This document shows, piece by piece, positions 46,439 to 54,715 of a stretch of 64,000 nucleotides of DNA (positions within the stretch are counted from its first letter, which is position 1; each line of letters begins with the position of its first letter). Under the pieces are notes generated by a model, which saw only the letters and a program-made list of their open reading frames with translations, was not told where the DNA came from and did no database searches. The stretch lies in the sequence record PV191315.1; one strand, given 5' to 3'. Position numbers and translations under genes: made by a program. Source of the stretch: Escherichia phage vB_EcoM-P3322.

Positions 46439-46813
46439 TTATTCAAAGCAAACATTATTTGCATCTTCAATTCTGTCTTTCACCCATTGAAGACGTAACG
46501 TGTTGGTATGACACGCCAAGTTTATACACTCTGAAAGGTAATCCATGCAATCTGCATTGAACGGAAGATTGTAGTCCAGCCCTGCACATGTAAACTGTTT
46601 CCTCATTTCGTATTTCAAACTATCCAACAAACGATCACGCCATCTTTTATCTTCTTCTCTGGTTGTCTCACCAACAAAATCATCTACATAATCTACCAGA
46701 CAACCACATAAGCCACTCGTTGTGCGATTCATTGCAGGATAGTTGGCAATCCATGCTTTATAGAAGCGAAGCAATGTTGCACTACTCAACGGAATATTTT
46801 TACTCTCTTGCAT
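46439..46813 (-). CDS. paralog family A member (N-terminally extended)
   Basis: RBS GAGAGGAG; FYKAWIANYPA...GLCGCL...PFN...RLQWVKDRI. Confidence 0.6.
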   Translation of the reverse strand: MQESKNIPLSSATLLRFYKAWIANYPAMNRTTSGLCGCLVDYVDDFVGETTREEDKRWRDRLLDSLKYEMRKQFTCAGLDYNLPFNADCMDYLSECINLACHTNTLRLQWVKDRIEDANNVCFE

Positions 46814-48434
46814 GACAATCTCCTCTCATCGTTAGCCATCTTTCATGGCAATCATCAATCACCAACATCATACGATCAATCTCAGGGAATTACAATCGAA
46901 TTATCATAGGGGATTCCTATCAATTATCCCATATATACCGATTATTTTTGACACCCCACTCTTGTATAAAAAGTAACCCAAAATATCTACGGGGAGAGAT
47001 TATTTCGGGACACCCTGTTTCATGGCAATCATGGCAAGAATATCTAATAGAATCAATATCATATGGCAAAAATCATGACGCATACGTAAGAAGTGCTTAA
47101 CGCGAATTTTCGGGCCGTCAGGTCCACGCAGCGACAATTCCCAAATATCATGAGAATGAGAATAATTATCATTCGTATTCAATGACTTATGCAAGGCTCA
47201 TGCCAACATAGCGACAAGGTGGGCCACTTGATTATAAATCACACAAACACTTATTTATCAATAGGTTGGCAACTTCATCATATGACGGAACATTGTCAAC
47301 TGATCCCGCTCATGACAAGCAGACTATTATTTATATGAGAATGATTATTATTTAAACGTTTATTAACATAAAAATTAAAATAAATCAAGAATTTTCTGAT
47401 TTTATTTACGTTTAAGAGAAGATGCTCAACATCCTACCGGATCGCCGTTGGCAATCCTCGGATATTTACGCCCCCATGATTAAGGTTTATCTCTTTTCTT
47501 AGTGCTCAACATTCCCGCCCGTGGCGGTAACATTTCGCCCCCAAAATTATTGCTTTTTATTCTATTATGTGCATAGTGTGCAATGTATCGGAATGATGAT
47601 AATCATCCTCCCATTGCCCCCATAATTATTGCCATGCTAATGATTTCATCTTGTAATTACCACAATGATTATTGTTATTGCGCTAATGTTATGATCTTGG
47701 TAATTACATATAATGCTAATAATAAGCCAGCGCAATAAGTGTAAGCGTCATTACGCTTGCAATTATTGCAAGCTACGCAGTAACAAGAAATAACCATCAC
47801 CGATGGTTATGATTGTTGGGGTGTAGTTGGCTTATTATTAGCTCGCTATGTGTCCGGCATAGCGTGCTAATGATGATCCTGGGAATGATTCGTTTTGTAA
47901 TGATTTCATTCAGTCACTATTATGGCAATAGTTATTATTTTAATGGTTTCGTTTGTTATTGTTCGTTAGTTGGTTGTTTTGTCGTGTTATCGTTATCTTG
48001 CTTAGTATTCATCATGGTTTGATTGTTTGTCGTTATCAATCATCTTGCTATTATTCCTTTGATTATGATTAGTTTGCTTATTGTTTTAGGTTGTTGGTTA
48101 GTTAGTTGTTGCGAACTATTATCAACATTATAGTTATGCACTTATATTGCATAGATAAACATGGATAGATGATAATGGTTATCATTGAACTAGAAAAGAG
48201 GTAAAAGGGTGTTTTTGATGGTTTGTTGTTGGTTGTTGATCGATTTTAACCGCTATAAATGGCTCTCTAACAGCCTGTTACCCTGGGAGGTATGGTTATT
48301 CGTTTAATGGTTGATTAGCTCGATACCGCGATTTATTCAATTTTGTTCTGTGTCGGTTTTTCATAGGCGAAAGCTATCAACATTGTTCGGGCAAAAAGAA
48401 AGGGCGCTTGGTGCGCCCCTTGTTTTGTTGTCGC
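46814..48434. other. 1.6-kb ORF-poor region with iterons, palindromes and a GT-skewed tract; candidate origin/packaging/regulatory region
   Basis: No convincing ORF; direct repeats gctaatg..atcttg.taattac; perfect palindrome gcttgcaattattgcaagc; GT-rich low-complexity 47930-48130. Confidence 0.5.
48398..48429 (-). terminator. bidirectional hairpin terminator (copy 1 of AAGGGCGC-N5-GCGCCCTT)
   Basis: aaagggcgc-ttggt-gcgcccctt flanked by T/A runs. Confidence 0.6.
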
Positions 48435-48854
48435 TTATAACGCTTCATAGATTGAGTAGATCCGGTTTGCCAGATCATTACGAAAGCGGAATTTTTCATC
48501 ACGTTTGATCATCAGATCCTTAAAACCGCATTCTTTCAGTGCTTCATTAACTTTATGGCGGCAAACGTTCATATTATCCTGCGCGTCACCAATAAACTTA
48601 TTGCTGTGATGCATTGCTTTGATCTCTTCCTCTAATACCAGGGCAACTACACGGATCGGATCAAGCTGATATGCGGTAACATCCATGCGGCATTGTAGAC
48701 GGCTTTTAACATCGTTTACCGGATATACTGCAACCTCTTCCCCGTCAACGTTCACAATAACCAATTTACCATCGATTTCGAAGCCTTTGGCGGCGCTACC
48801 GTGACAAAAAGCGTTATCGAAGGAGTAAGCTGGATTATTTGATTTAATGTTCAT
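48435..48854 (-). CDS. hypothetical protein
   Basis: ATG 48854 after AAAGGATAA; track start 48938 lacks RBS. Confidence 0.55.
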   Translation of the reverse strand: MNIKSNNPAYSFDNAFCHGSAAKGFEIDGKLVIVNVDGEEVAVYPVNDVKSRLQCRMDVTAYQLDPIRVVALVLEEEIKAMHHSNKFIGDAQDNMNVCRHKVNEALKECGFKDLMIKRDEKFRFRNDLANRIYSIYEAL

Positions 48855-48894
48855 AGTGTTATCCTTTGTTTCGTTGTTTGCTGCCAGTGAATTA

Positions 48895-48923
48895 AATATA
48901 ATATAACGCCGATCCCCTGTCAA
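48895..48923 (-). promoter_or_regulatory. sigma70-like promoter embedded in palindrome
   Basis: rc: TTGACA-17nt-TATATT; -35 flanked by atcccct/aggggat inverted repeat. Confidence 0.5.
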
Positions 48924-48959
48924 TAGGGGATAGCGCATTATTTACATTTCTTTACGTTA

Positions 48960-48980
48960 AAGGGCGCTTAGTGCGCCCTT
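48960..48980 (-). terminator. hairpin terminator (copy 2 of AAGGGCGC-N5-GCGCCCTT)
   Basis: aagggcgc-ttagt-gcgccctt. Confidence 0.55.
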
Positions 48981-48988
48981 GTATAATC

Positions 48989-49357
48989 TTACTTTGTGCT
49001 GTTGTAAACGTTATCGCGTTCAACCATCACGGCAAGGCGGATCAGTTGATCAGTTGTATCGCGTAAATTGTCGGGCCATGTTTTACTGTTCCAGCTATCC
49101 AGGTTTGATTGTATATAGGTTTCAATGGCTTGATCCATATTATCAAACAAGTTTTCCTCCAGGCTCTCGGCTGTTTCACACTGGAAAGCATTAGCGACAC
49201 TATTAATCAATAAGCAAGCCAGTAAATCAGCATTACGCCAATTTTTACGGATAGTTTCATCTGTCAAATAACCAACGAGATTAACCTTTGCGCCAGTGGT
49301 TGACGTTGCGATCACTTCTTGTGCTTTTTCAAGTGCTTTAATTGCTGATTTGCTCAT
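48989..49357 (-). CDS. hypothetical protein
   Basis: RBS AAAGAGGAAAAG. Confidence 0.6.
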   Translation of the reverse strand: MSKSAIKALEKAQEVIATSTTGAKVNLVGYLTDETIRKNWRNADLLACLLINSVANAFQCETAESLEENLFDNMDQAIETYIQSNLDSWNSKTWPDNLRDTTDQLIRLAVMVERDNVYNSTK

Positions 49358-49369
49358 CTTCTTTTCCTC

Positions 49370-49425
49370 TTTGTGGGCTTGCTGTATTGCTCGCCCTACG
49401 CAATAACTATAAGTTAACAGGAGAA
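49370..49425 (-). promoter_or_regulatory. PeSL-like unit (degenerate)
   Basis: gcccTACGcaataa core; weak stem gggc/gccc. Confidence 0.35.
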
Positions 49426-49435
49426 ATAAAGCAAG

Positions 49436-49669
49436 CTATTTTTTATAAAATTTTTCTGCTGTGATATTCTTCCCAGTAGGCTTAACCACTTGCAAGATCT
49501 TATCATGTGCCGAACGTCCAAAAGAGTAAGATCCGTACACGGTAAACCAATAATCCCCGTTCGGTTGAACGGTTACGGCGGCGTACGGTGTACCTCTTTC
49601 ATTATCCCCGATGAAGTGAGAAACATTACCGTTAACATTTGGTTTAGTGCTTTTAATTTGTTCGATCAT
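49436..49669 (-). CDS. hypothetical protein
   Basis: Track ORF preceded by PeSL-like unit. Confidence 0.6.
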   Translation of the reverse strand: MIEQIKSTKPNVNGNVSHFIGDNERGTPYAAVTVQPNGDYWFTVYGSYSFGRSAHDKILQVVKPTGKNITAEKFYKK

Positions 49670-49685
49670 GATATGACTCCTAAAT

Positions 49686-49748
49686 CAGGCGGGAAACATT
49701 CCCGCCCTACGTGATAAATGATAATGTAAGCGTGATCCGGTGTCAATA
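49686..49748 (-). promoter_or_regulatory. PeSL-like unit
   Basis: hairpin ggcgggaaacattcccgcc; rc TTGACA-17-TATCAT. Confidence 0.65.
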
Positions 49749-49887
49749 GGTAGGATTGTAAAGATTTGATAGTTTATCTCTTTGATGTTTTGTTGTTTGA
49801 TAGATGTTAGCTATCAATATATAGCGGGGTCGTCCGGTGATTATCTTCCCCTGCTCCCAGGTGCCGCCCGTTCAATAAGTATAACAA

Positions 49888-49913
49888 AAAACAGGACAAA
49901 AACAAGCCCTGTT
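49888..49913 (-). terminator. hairpin terminator (minus strand)
   Basis: aaacagg-acaaaaacaagc-cctgttt with T-run on minus. Confidence 0.45.
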
Positions 49914-49921
49914 TATTTATC

Positions 49922-50056
49922 TTAAAACCAGTTGCCAACCGTTTCCAATAGGTCACTGACTACCAGGACAACATTAATCAGCACATATTCAACCAGGAAG
50001 GGAATAAGCGCCAGCGTTGCTACTACGATCCCCATTGTGATGATTACCTTTCTCAT
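49922..50056 (-). CDS. small membrane peptide (44 aa)
   Basis: Below track threshold; ATG 2 nt after upstream stop; hydrophobic. Confidence 0.35.
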   Translation of the reverse strand: MRKVIITMGIVVATLALIPFLVEYVLINVVLVVSDLLETVGNWF

Positions 50057-50058
50057 GG

Positions 50059-50343
50059 TTAGCGGCTTACGTAAGCTTTACCGTTTACGGTCATCGGTAT
50101 GGCCTCAAGGTCTGGATCTTCCTTAAGGTCGCGTGCAAGCTCACCGCAGCGGATACCCTCGAATCCGTGGTATTCTGTCGCGCCGTCCTGGAAAGTTTTA
50201 GCGGCAAGGCATAGGCGATAATTAACACCGATCCGGTTTACCGCGTTGATATCGGTTAACGTGATGGATTCAGGCAAATCATTAGCCATTACAGGCGCGT
50301 TAATACCAACAACCAGGGCAACTACTGCGATCATCTTTTTCAT
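50059..50343 (-). CDS. small secreted protein (signal peptide)
   Basis: MKKMIAVVALVVGINAPVMA; PeSL-like hairpin upstream. Confidence 0.6.
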   Translation of the reverse strand: MKKMIAVVALVVGINAPVMANDLPESITLTDINAVNRIGVNYRLCLAAKTFQDGATEYHGFEGIRCGELARDLKEDPDLEAIPMTVNGKAYVSR

Positions 50344-50369
50344 GTGTCTATCCTCTTCCTATTGCGTTT

Positions 50370-50392
50370 AATGGGGGCGTTACCGCCCTGCT
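50370..50392 (-). promoter_or_regulatory. PeSL-like hairpin
   Basis: gggggcg-ttac-cgccc. Confidence 0.5.
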
Positions 50393-50398
50393 TATGGT

Positions 50399-50635
50399 TT
50401 ATTGATTGATGTTATAATGAAAATTATTTTCTTCAATAGCTTTTAAAATAAAAGCCGTGATCGCTTTCGTGTCTACTTGTTCGAACGTATCAGAATAGCA
50501 CCAATAATAATCATCCCCTACTTTCGGCGGGTAAACCTGGACAAGGAGATCGCCACCTGGTTGATCTATAAGCTCAACATGCAAGCCGGATGATTCAGCG
50601 GTTTTAACGGCGGTTAATACTGTTGCAATACTCAT
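50399..50635 (-). CDS. hypothetical protein
   Basis: Track ORF; hairpin upstream. Confidence 0.6.
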   Translation of the reverse strand: MSIATVLTAVKTAESSGLHVELIDQPGGDLLVQVYPPKVGDDYYWCYSDTFEQVDTKAITAFILKAIEENNFHYNINQ

Positions 50636-50652
50636 AATCTTTTCCTTTCTGA

Positions 50653-50672
50653 TGTGGGGCGTTGCCGCCCCT
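50653..50672 (-). promoter_or_regulatory. PeSL-like hairpin
   Basis: ggggcg-ttgc-cgcccc. Confidence 0.5.
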
Positions 50673-50679
50673 TTGTTGA

Positions 50680-50979
50680 TTAGATCGCTGTTTCCAGTAG
50701 TTCGGCTAACGTCTTACCGCCTGATAGTTGGTCTAACGTTTGCTCTTCTGGCAAGAAATTAGCTGATATTAATCCGACTTGATTTCCTTTGTGCCAATTA
50801 GCTTGACGGATGATTCCATCCTTTAAAGATTTTACCGCCATTGTGCAACCGTCGCCAAATGATTCATTTTTATGATCCATCACTTCATAAGCGCCCAGCT
50901 TGCTACTGTTAGGCACCATTAACGCGAATACATCACCAACAACCAGTTTTTCTACGGTAATAATAGCGATAGTTTCCAT
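50680..50979 (-). CDS. hypothetical protein
   Basis: RBS AGGAAAG; PeSL upstream. Confidence 0.6.
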   Translation of the reverse strand: METIAIITVEKLVVGDVFALMVPNSSKLGAYEVMDHKNESFGDGCTMAVKSLKDGIIRQANWHKGNQVGLISANFLPEEQTLDQLSGGKTLAELLETAI

Positions 50980-50985
50980 TTTACT

Positions 50986-51046
50986 TTCCTCATTATCGGC
51001 GGCACCATTGCCGCCCTACGTGGTAAATATTAGCACACTGGCGATC
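50986..51046 (-). promoter_or_regulatory. PeSL-like unit
   Basis: hairpin ggcggcaccattgccgcc; rc TTGACA at 51039-51044. Confidence 0.65.
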
Positions 51047-51060
51047 TGTGTCAATACTTT

Positions 51061-51447
51061 TTATTCAATATAAATCAAATTATCTTCACCAATGTAAGCC
51101 GACACGTTCGGCATAAACTTAGCTGCATTGGTTAGGCGGTTGGCTGTGTTAGTGGTGTATATTTCAGGGCGATCCCAAAAGCCTACGCCGTGACCGTTAC
51201 GGGTAAAATGTAAATCATTCCCGATCTGGTTGGCTGTTGCGCCGTCGCTCATTGCCTCAGAGATAGCGGCAAGATTAGCATTAATAAAGGCTGTTACATC
51301 CTGGGCGATCCGTTGATCTGCGCTAGGAGAAAAATCATAATCGTCTAAGTTATCAATAAAATTACCTTCATGATCCCTTGCTGATTCAGCAAAAATAAAG
51401 GCTTCTTTATAGCCGTTGATGATTTCAATAATGATTTCTGTTTTCAT
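51061..51447 (-). CDS. hypothetical protein (conserved HFTRNGHGVGFWDR motif)
   Basis: Track ORF, 128 aa. Confidence 0.6.
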   Translation of the reverse strand: MKTEIIIEIINGYKEAFIFAESARDHEGNFIDNLDDYDFSPSADQRIAQDVTAFINANLAAISEAMSDGATANQIGNDLHFTRNGHGVGFWDRPEIYTTNTANRLTNAAKFMPNVSAYIGEDNLIYIE

Positions 51448-51668
51448 GCTGTACGCTCGACAATAATAATAGTTTGCGGGATCTCGTTTTCTACTACTAA
51501 CAAGGCTTTTTTCTGTGTGATAGATATTTTAACACGTTGTAAAGTAGCGGTAAAATCTTTCATTTCATTATGCGCGGATTTAGTACAATGCCAGATCTCA
51601 GGCTTACCAACTTGTAAGCCGCGTAAAAATTCCGTTTTGCCTGTTTTGTTCGTGATCATTTGTTTCAC
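51444..51668 (-). CDS. hypothetical protein
   Basis: Track ORF, overlaps neighbours. Confidence 0.55.
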   Translation of the reverse strand: MKQMITNKTGKTEFLRGLQVGKPEIWHCTKSAHNEMKDFTATLQRVKISITQKKALLVVENEIPQTIIIVERTA

Positions 51669-51669
51669 C

Positions 51670-51774
51670 TTAACCGATACCGTGGGAAGATAGGATCATA
51701 TTAGCCATAGTTGCAACTACTCCAACCGATAACGCCAGGCCAACCACTGCAACCGTGAAAATTTTCTCTAACAT
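51670..51774 (-). CDS. small single-TM peptide (34 aa)
   Basis: ATG 51774 after GAGGGTAG, downstream of PeSL; track start 51873 reads through the hairpin. Confidence 0.45.
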   Translation of the reverse strand: MLEKIFTVAVVGLALSVGVVATMANMILSSHGIG

Positions 51775-51790
51775 GATTCTACCCTCATTA

Positions 51791-51856
51791 ATGGGCGTTG
51801 CACCATTGCCCCGCCCTACGTAATACACTTTACTAGATAACAAATTATTGTCAAGC
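51791..51856 (-). promoter_or_regulatory. PeSL-like unit
   Basis: hairpin gggcgttgcaccattgccccgccc; rc TTGACA at 51849-51854. Confidence 0.6.
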
Positions 51857-51857
51857 T

Positions 51858-51995
51858 TTATTTTACTTCCCAAACGGAAAATTCGCTGCCTGTTGGGATC
51901 ATTTTTTTAATCTTGTTTGCTGCCGCTACCAGGTCAACGGCTTGTACTGTAATAATATAACCAATTGTCGAGGCTGTTGCGTTGAAAGTTTTCAT
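51858..51995 (-). CDS. small hypothetical protein (45 aa)
   Basis: Below track threshold; RBS AAAGGG; perfect palindrome upstream. Confidence 0.35.
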   Translation of the reverse strand: MKTFNATASTIGYIITVQAVDLVAAANKIKKMIPTGSEFSVWEVK

Positions 51996-52012
51996 TATAT
52001 TGCCCTTTAATA

Positions 52013-52034
52013 CAGGCGGGATTAATCCCGCCTT
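52013..52034 (-). promoter_or_regulatory. perfect palindromic hairpin
   Basis: ggcgggattaatcccgcc. Confidence 0.5.
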
Positions 52035-52039
52035 TTTGA

Positions 52040-52210
52040 TTACTCTTCATTATCGCCGTTATAGTATTCAATGCCGTTTTCATCGGTTACGGTGATGTTA
52101 ACGCCACCGATAGCAACACGATCACGGGCAAACGTCATAGCTTCATTTAAATCTTCAGACCAAAAAATATTGTGACCTTTGCGCGATACATAAAACATAG
52201 TCGGGATCAT
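52040..52210 (-). CDS. hypothetical protein
   Basis: ATG 52210 after AGAAGAGAAA; track N-terminus reads through PeSL. Confidence 0.5.
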   Translation of the reverse strand: MIPTMFYVSRKGHNIFWSEDLNEAMTFARDRVAIGGVNITVTDENGIEYYNGDNEE

Positions 52211-52230
52211 GATTTGTTTCTCTTCTGTTA

Positions 52231-52296
52231 TGAGCGGTGGACCATTCCGCCGCCCTATGTGGTAAACTTTACTACGTTGTTTGCCTGCTGTCAAAC
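52231..52296 (-). promoter_or_regulatory. PeSL-like unit
   Basis: hairpin agcggtggaccattccgccgccc; rc TTGACA at 52289-52294. Confidence 0.6.
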
Positions 52297-52580
52297 TATT
52301 TTTTAATGTTTTGCCCTACAAAATCGATCACTTCCTTAAGCTGTCTCTCTGTCATGATCGTACCTGGTAACTCTTCTTTAATTTCTTCCGGTAAATAGAT
52401 ATTACCGCGCCAGGTTAACAAACAACCGTTTTGATCTTCGCAGATAGAATAAGAAAACATCCACTCGCAATCATTTTCAAGCTCCCAAAAACACAAAAAG
52501 TCTTCTTTCCCTAAGTTTTCAACGGTTAAACATAATCCGCGACGTGCTGCATAATTAGTTAGGCTTTTTGTGATTTTCAT
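52296..52580 (-). CDS. hypothetical protein
   Basis: ATG 52580 after AGAAGAGAGAAA. Confidence 0.55.
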   Translation of the reverse strand: MKITKSLTNYAARRGLCLTVENLGKEDFLCFWELENDCEWMFSYSICEDQNGCLLTWRGNIYLPEEIKEELPGTIMTERQLKEVIDFVGQNIKK

Positions 52581-52598
52581 GATTTTTCTCTCTTCTTG

Positions 52599-52659
52599 TG
52601 AGCGGCACCATTGCCGCCCTACAAGATACATATTACCAGATTAAGCGGACTTGTCAAAC
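52599..52659 (-). promoter_or_regulatory. PeSL-like unit
   Basis: hairpin agcggcaccattgccgccc; rc TTGACA-17-TAATAT. Confidence 0.65.
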
Positions 52660-52769
52660 TATTTTTTCTTTTTCTTTGCTTTCAATCGTCTAAGGTTACG
52701 GCTGGACTTATTGCGCAAGGCGCTTAGATCGTCGTACCCTTTCCATGCTTGCATATCTTTCGGATTCAT
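52659..52769 (-). CDS. small basic peptide (36 aa)
   Basis: Below track threshold; RBS AAGGGGATAAC; Lys-rich C-terminus. Confidence 0.35.
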   Translation of the reverse strand: MNPKDMQAWKGYDDLSALRNKSSRNLRRLKAKKKKK

Positions 52770-52778
52770 GTTATCCCC

Positions 52779-52940
52779 TTACTTGTTAGCCGGATCATAT
52801 ACCAGGACCGCGCCGCTTGCTTTCACGCTTTCCGCTTCATAGTTGCGCAGATCGTTTTCTGTAAGATTGAGCGCGATCACTTCCTCGATCTCAACGCCAG
52901 CGGCAAGGGCGATCTCTTTGATAATATCTGTTGTTTTCAT
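52779..52940 (-). CDS. hypothetical protein
   Basis: ATG 52940 after AAGGTG. Confidence 0.5.
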   Translation of the reverse strand: MKTTDIIKEIALAAGVEIEEVIALNLTENDLRNYEAESVKASGAVLVYDPANK

Positions 52941-52950
52941 GGTGTGCACC

Positions 52951-53070
52951 TTATAAGATGATTGATAAGATAGTGACAACGAAAGCGATTATACTGATGG
53001 CAAATGTCATCTTTTTACCTTCGGATACTGCCGGATTTTCTACCGTGTATTCTACTGTGTACTTGCTCAT
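52951..53070 (-). CDS. small single-TM peptide (39 aa)
   Basis: Below track threshold; RBS GAGAGGATTA; FAISIIAFVVTILSIIL. Confidence 0.4.
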   Translation of the reverse strand: MSKYTVEYTVENPAVSEGKKMTFAISIIAFVVTILSIIL

Positions 53071-53091
53071 CGTGTAATCCTCTCGTTTGCT

Positions 53092-53152
53092 TTGGGAACT
53101 ATTCCCGCCGCCCTATGAATTAAATATACACTATCTCAAAATGATTGCAAGC
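53092..53152 (-). promoter_or_regulatory. PeSL-like unit
   Basis: hairpin gggaactattcccgccgccc; rc TTGCAA -35. Confidence 0.55.
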
Positions 53153-53168
53153 CTTTTTCTAAATTATT

Positions 53169-53453
53169 TTATTCAGTAAACAAACCATCATTTACAACGG
53201 CGGCGATGATCTCCCGTGCCATTGATTCAGGGAAAGGGGCGCTATAGTCCTGGCTTGTCTCATCGGTATCGGTGATCCAATGATAAGCTAACGAGTAAAA
53301 GCCTTTACTAACTGTTTTCAGTGAGATGATGATCACTCGGTCAAGCTTATTGGTGAATGTTGCCGTTAATGTGTTACCCTCCTGCGTCATGTTGGACAAG
53401 TAAGCGAGATCATTAATCAGGGAAAACATTAGCACGGTGTTAGCTTTACTCAT
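53169..53453 (-). CDS. hypothetical protein
   Basis: ATG 53453 after GAGGATG. Confidence 0.55.
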   Translation of the reverse strand: MSKANTVLMFSLINDLAYLSNMTQEGNTLTATFTNKLDRVIIISLKTVSKGFYSLAYHWITDTDETSQDYSAPFPESMAREIIAAVVNDGLFTE

Positions 53454-53468
53454 GATTGCATCCTCAAA

Positions 53469-53529
53469 GGGGCGCGGCACCATTGCCGCCCTACACGATA
53501 ACTATAACACAATGTAAAACAGGGTCAAC
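53469..53529 (-). promoter_or_regulatory. PeSL-like unit
   Basis: hairpin gcgcggcaccattgccgccc; rc TTGACC -35. Confidence 0.6.
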
Positions 53530-53731
53530 CTTTATTTTTCCACGGTGTCAGCTTGTTAATCATTGGTGATAAATAGCGTTTACCAACGTAAAACAGTACG
53601 CCAACTGATGCAACGGCGGCGACCTCATGCATAGCCGACGGGAAACGGGTATCATAATAAGATCCAATAATAGCAATAGCGGCAACGGCTGCAACGTCGA
53701 TAATGATTTTCTCTTGTTTTGCGGTGATCAT
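53525..53731 (-). CDS. small two-TM membrane protein
   Basis: RBS AAAAAGG; hydrophobic segments. Confidence 0.55.
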   Translation of the reverse strand: MITAKQEKIIIDVAAVAAIAIIGSYYDTRFPSAMHEVAAVASVGVLFYVGKRYLSPMINKLTPWKNKG

Positions 53732-53750
53732 AGTATTTACCTTTTTGTAT

Positions 53751-53811
53751 GGTGGGGAACTATTCCCCGCCTGATGTAATACAGTTTAACAGGTCCGGTT
53801 ATGGTGTCAAC
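53751..53811 (-). promoter_or_regulatory. PeSL-like unit
   Basis: hairpin ggggaactattccccgcc; rc TTGACA at 53804-53809. Confidence 0.6.
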
Positions 53812-53816
53812 CACTT

Positions 53817-54002
53817 TTAAAGATATTTTATGCTAATGACGTTTTCAGGTTTTACCTTGTTATAATGTGCATCAACATAGATCAAACCATCGTCAGAAAA
53901 GCCCAGGATCACGCCCTGCGCGATAAAACCGTACTCGTCACGGTAACGCACGGCTATTTTTAATGTTGCGTTGTAGGCTGTTTTAAGCTCGTTTAAAGTC
54001 AT
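53817..54002 (-). CDS. hypothetical protein
   Basis: RBS AGAGGATAA. Confidence 0.55.
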   Translation of the reverse strand: MTLNELKTAYNATLKIAVRYRDEYGFIAQGVILGFSDDGLIYVDAHYNKVKPENVISIKYL

Positions 54003-54029
54003 TTTTGTTTATCCTCTACATGTAAAAAG

Positions 54030-54051
54030 AAAGGGCGCTTGATGCGCCCTT
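54030..54051 (-). terminator. hairpin terminator (copy 3 of AAGGGCGC-N5-GCGCCCTT)
   Basis: aaagggcgc-ttgat-gcgccctt. Confidence 0.55.
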
Positions 54052-54057
54052 GTTATG

Positions 54058-54204
54058 TTAATCCTCTAAATCCATCCAATTATATTTGTCACTCTTCCCG
54101 CGCTTTGTTTTATTACGCTTGTCACCTTTGCGGATCACTTCCTCGTTCCAGGCCTTGCGGATCTTGGAAGATTGAATTTTTTCTGCGCGATTAGATGTAT
54201 TCAT
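54058..54204 (-). CDS. small basic protein (48 aa)
   Basis: Below track threshold; RBS AAGAGGAAAC. Confidence 0.4.
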   Translation of the reverse strand: MNTSNRAEKIQSSKIRKAWNEEVIRKGDKRNKTKRGKSDKYNWMDLED

Positions 54205-54220
54205 TTTGTTTCCTCTTTAT

Positions 54221-54279
54221 ATGAGCGGCACCATTGCCGCTATATTGTTAATTTAAACTGTTTTGTAAAATTGTCAAGG
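54221..54279 (-). promoter_or_regulatory. PeSL-like unit
   Basis: hairpin gagcggcaccattgccgct; rc TTGACA at 54272-54277. Confidence 0.6.
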
Positions 54280-54283
54280 TTTA

Positions 54284-54637
54284 TCATTCATAAGAGCAAG
54301 CAAGGATCACGCCTGCAATATAAAGCCAATAATTTTCCCTTTCTCGTTGGATTTTATCATCGCTGCTATTCTCTTTAATGTATCCCCAGGATGTTAACAA
54401 GCGATCAATTTCCCAATATTCGAAAGCTATATTAATATCTGATGGCAAACCTTGTAACCATGATGCAAGTGCTTTAACAATACTATAATTAAAACGTGAT
54501 TGATTATCAGGGTACCAGTACTCGGAATTAAAACGGCGCATCAATTCCGCGATCTTCTCTTTTTCGGTTGTAATACCGTAATCATTAAAATCGATAGCGG
54601 CAAGGATGTACTCTTTAATTGCATTTTGTGCTTTCAT
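54284..54637 (-). CDS. hypothetical protein
   Basis: RBS AAGAGAGAAAG. Confidence 0.6.
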   Translation of the reverse strand: MKAQNAIKEYILAAIDFNDYGITTEKEKIAELMRRFNSEYWYPDNQSRFNYSIVKALASWLQGLPSDINIAFEYWEIDRLLTSWGYIKENSSDDKIQRERENYWLYIAGVILACSYE

Positions 54638-54652
54638 GGTCTTTCTCTCTTT

Positions 54653-54714
54653 TTAGCGGGAACTATTCCCGCCCTACGTGTAACAGTTTACTGAAAATTA
54701 AATCCGTGTCAAGC
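54653..54714 (-). promoter_or_regulatory. PeSL-like unit
   Basis: hairpin agcgggaactattcccgcc; rc TTGACA at 54707-54712. Confidence 0.65.
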
Positions 54715-54715
54715 T

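Noticed and set aside
30368-46498. Numerous + strand track ORFs inside the minus-strand block (e.g. 35586..35816, 36407..36751, 38611..39015, 43438..43770, 45807..46202)
   Set aside because: They overlap RBS-supported minus-strand genes antisense, lack RBSs, and none shows recognisable motifs; treated as shadow ORFs.
47813-48022. Track ORFs in the GT-rich tract (47813..48022, 48311..48508)
   Set aside because: Low-complexity translation of a G/T-only sequence with no RBS; an artefact of strand composition.
51670-51873. Long N-terminal extensions of several track ORFs in the cassette array (e.g. 51670..51873, 52040..52294, 52296..52631, 53169..53483)
   Set aside because: Extensions translate the conserved hairpin/promoter sequence; better RBS-supported ATGs lie just downstream of each hairpin.
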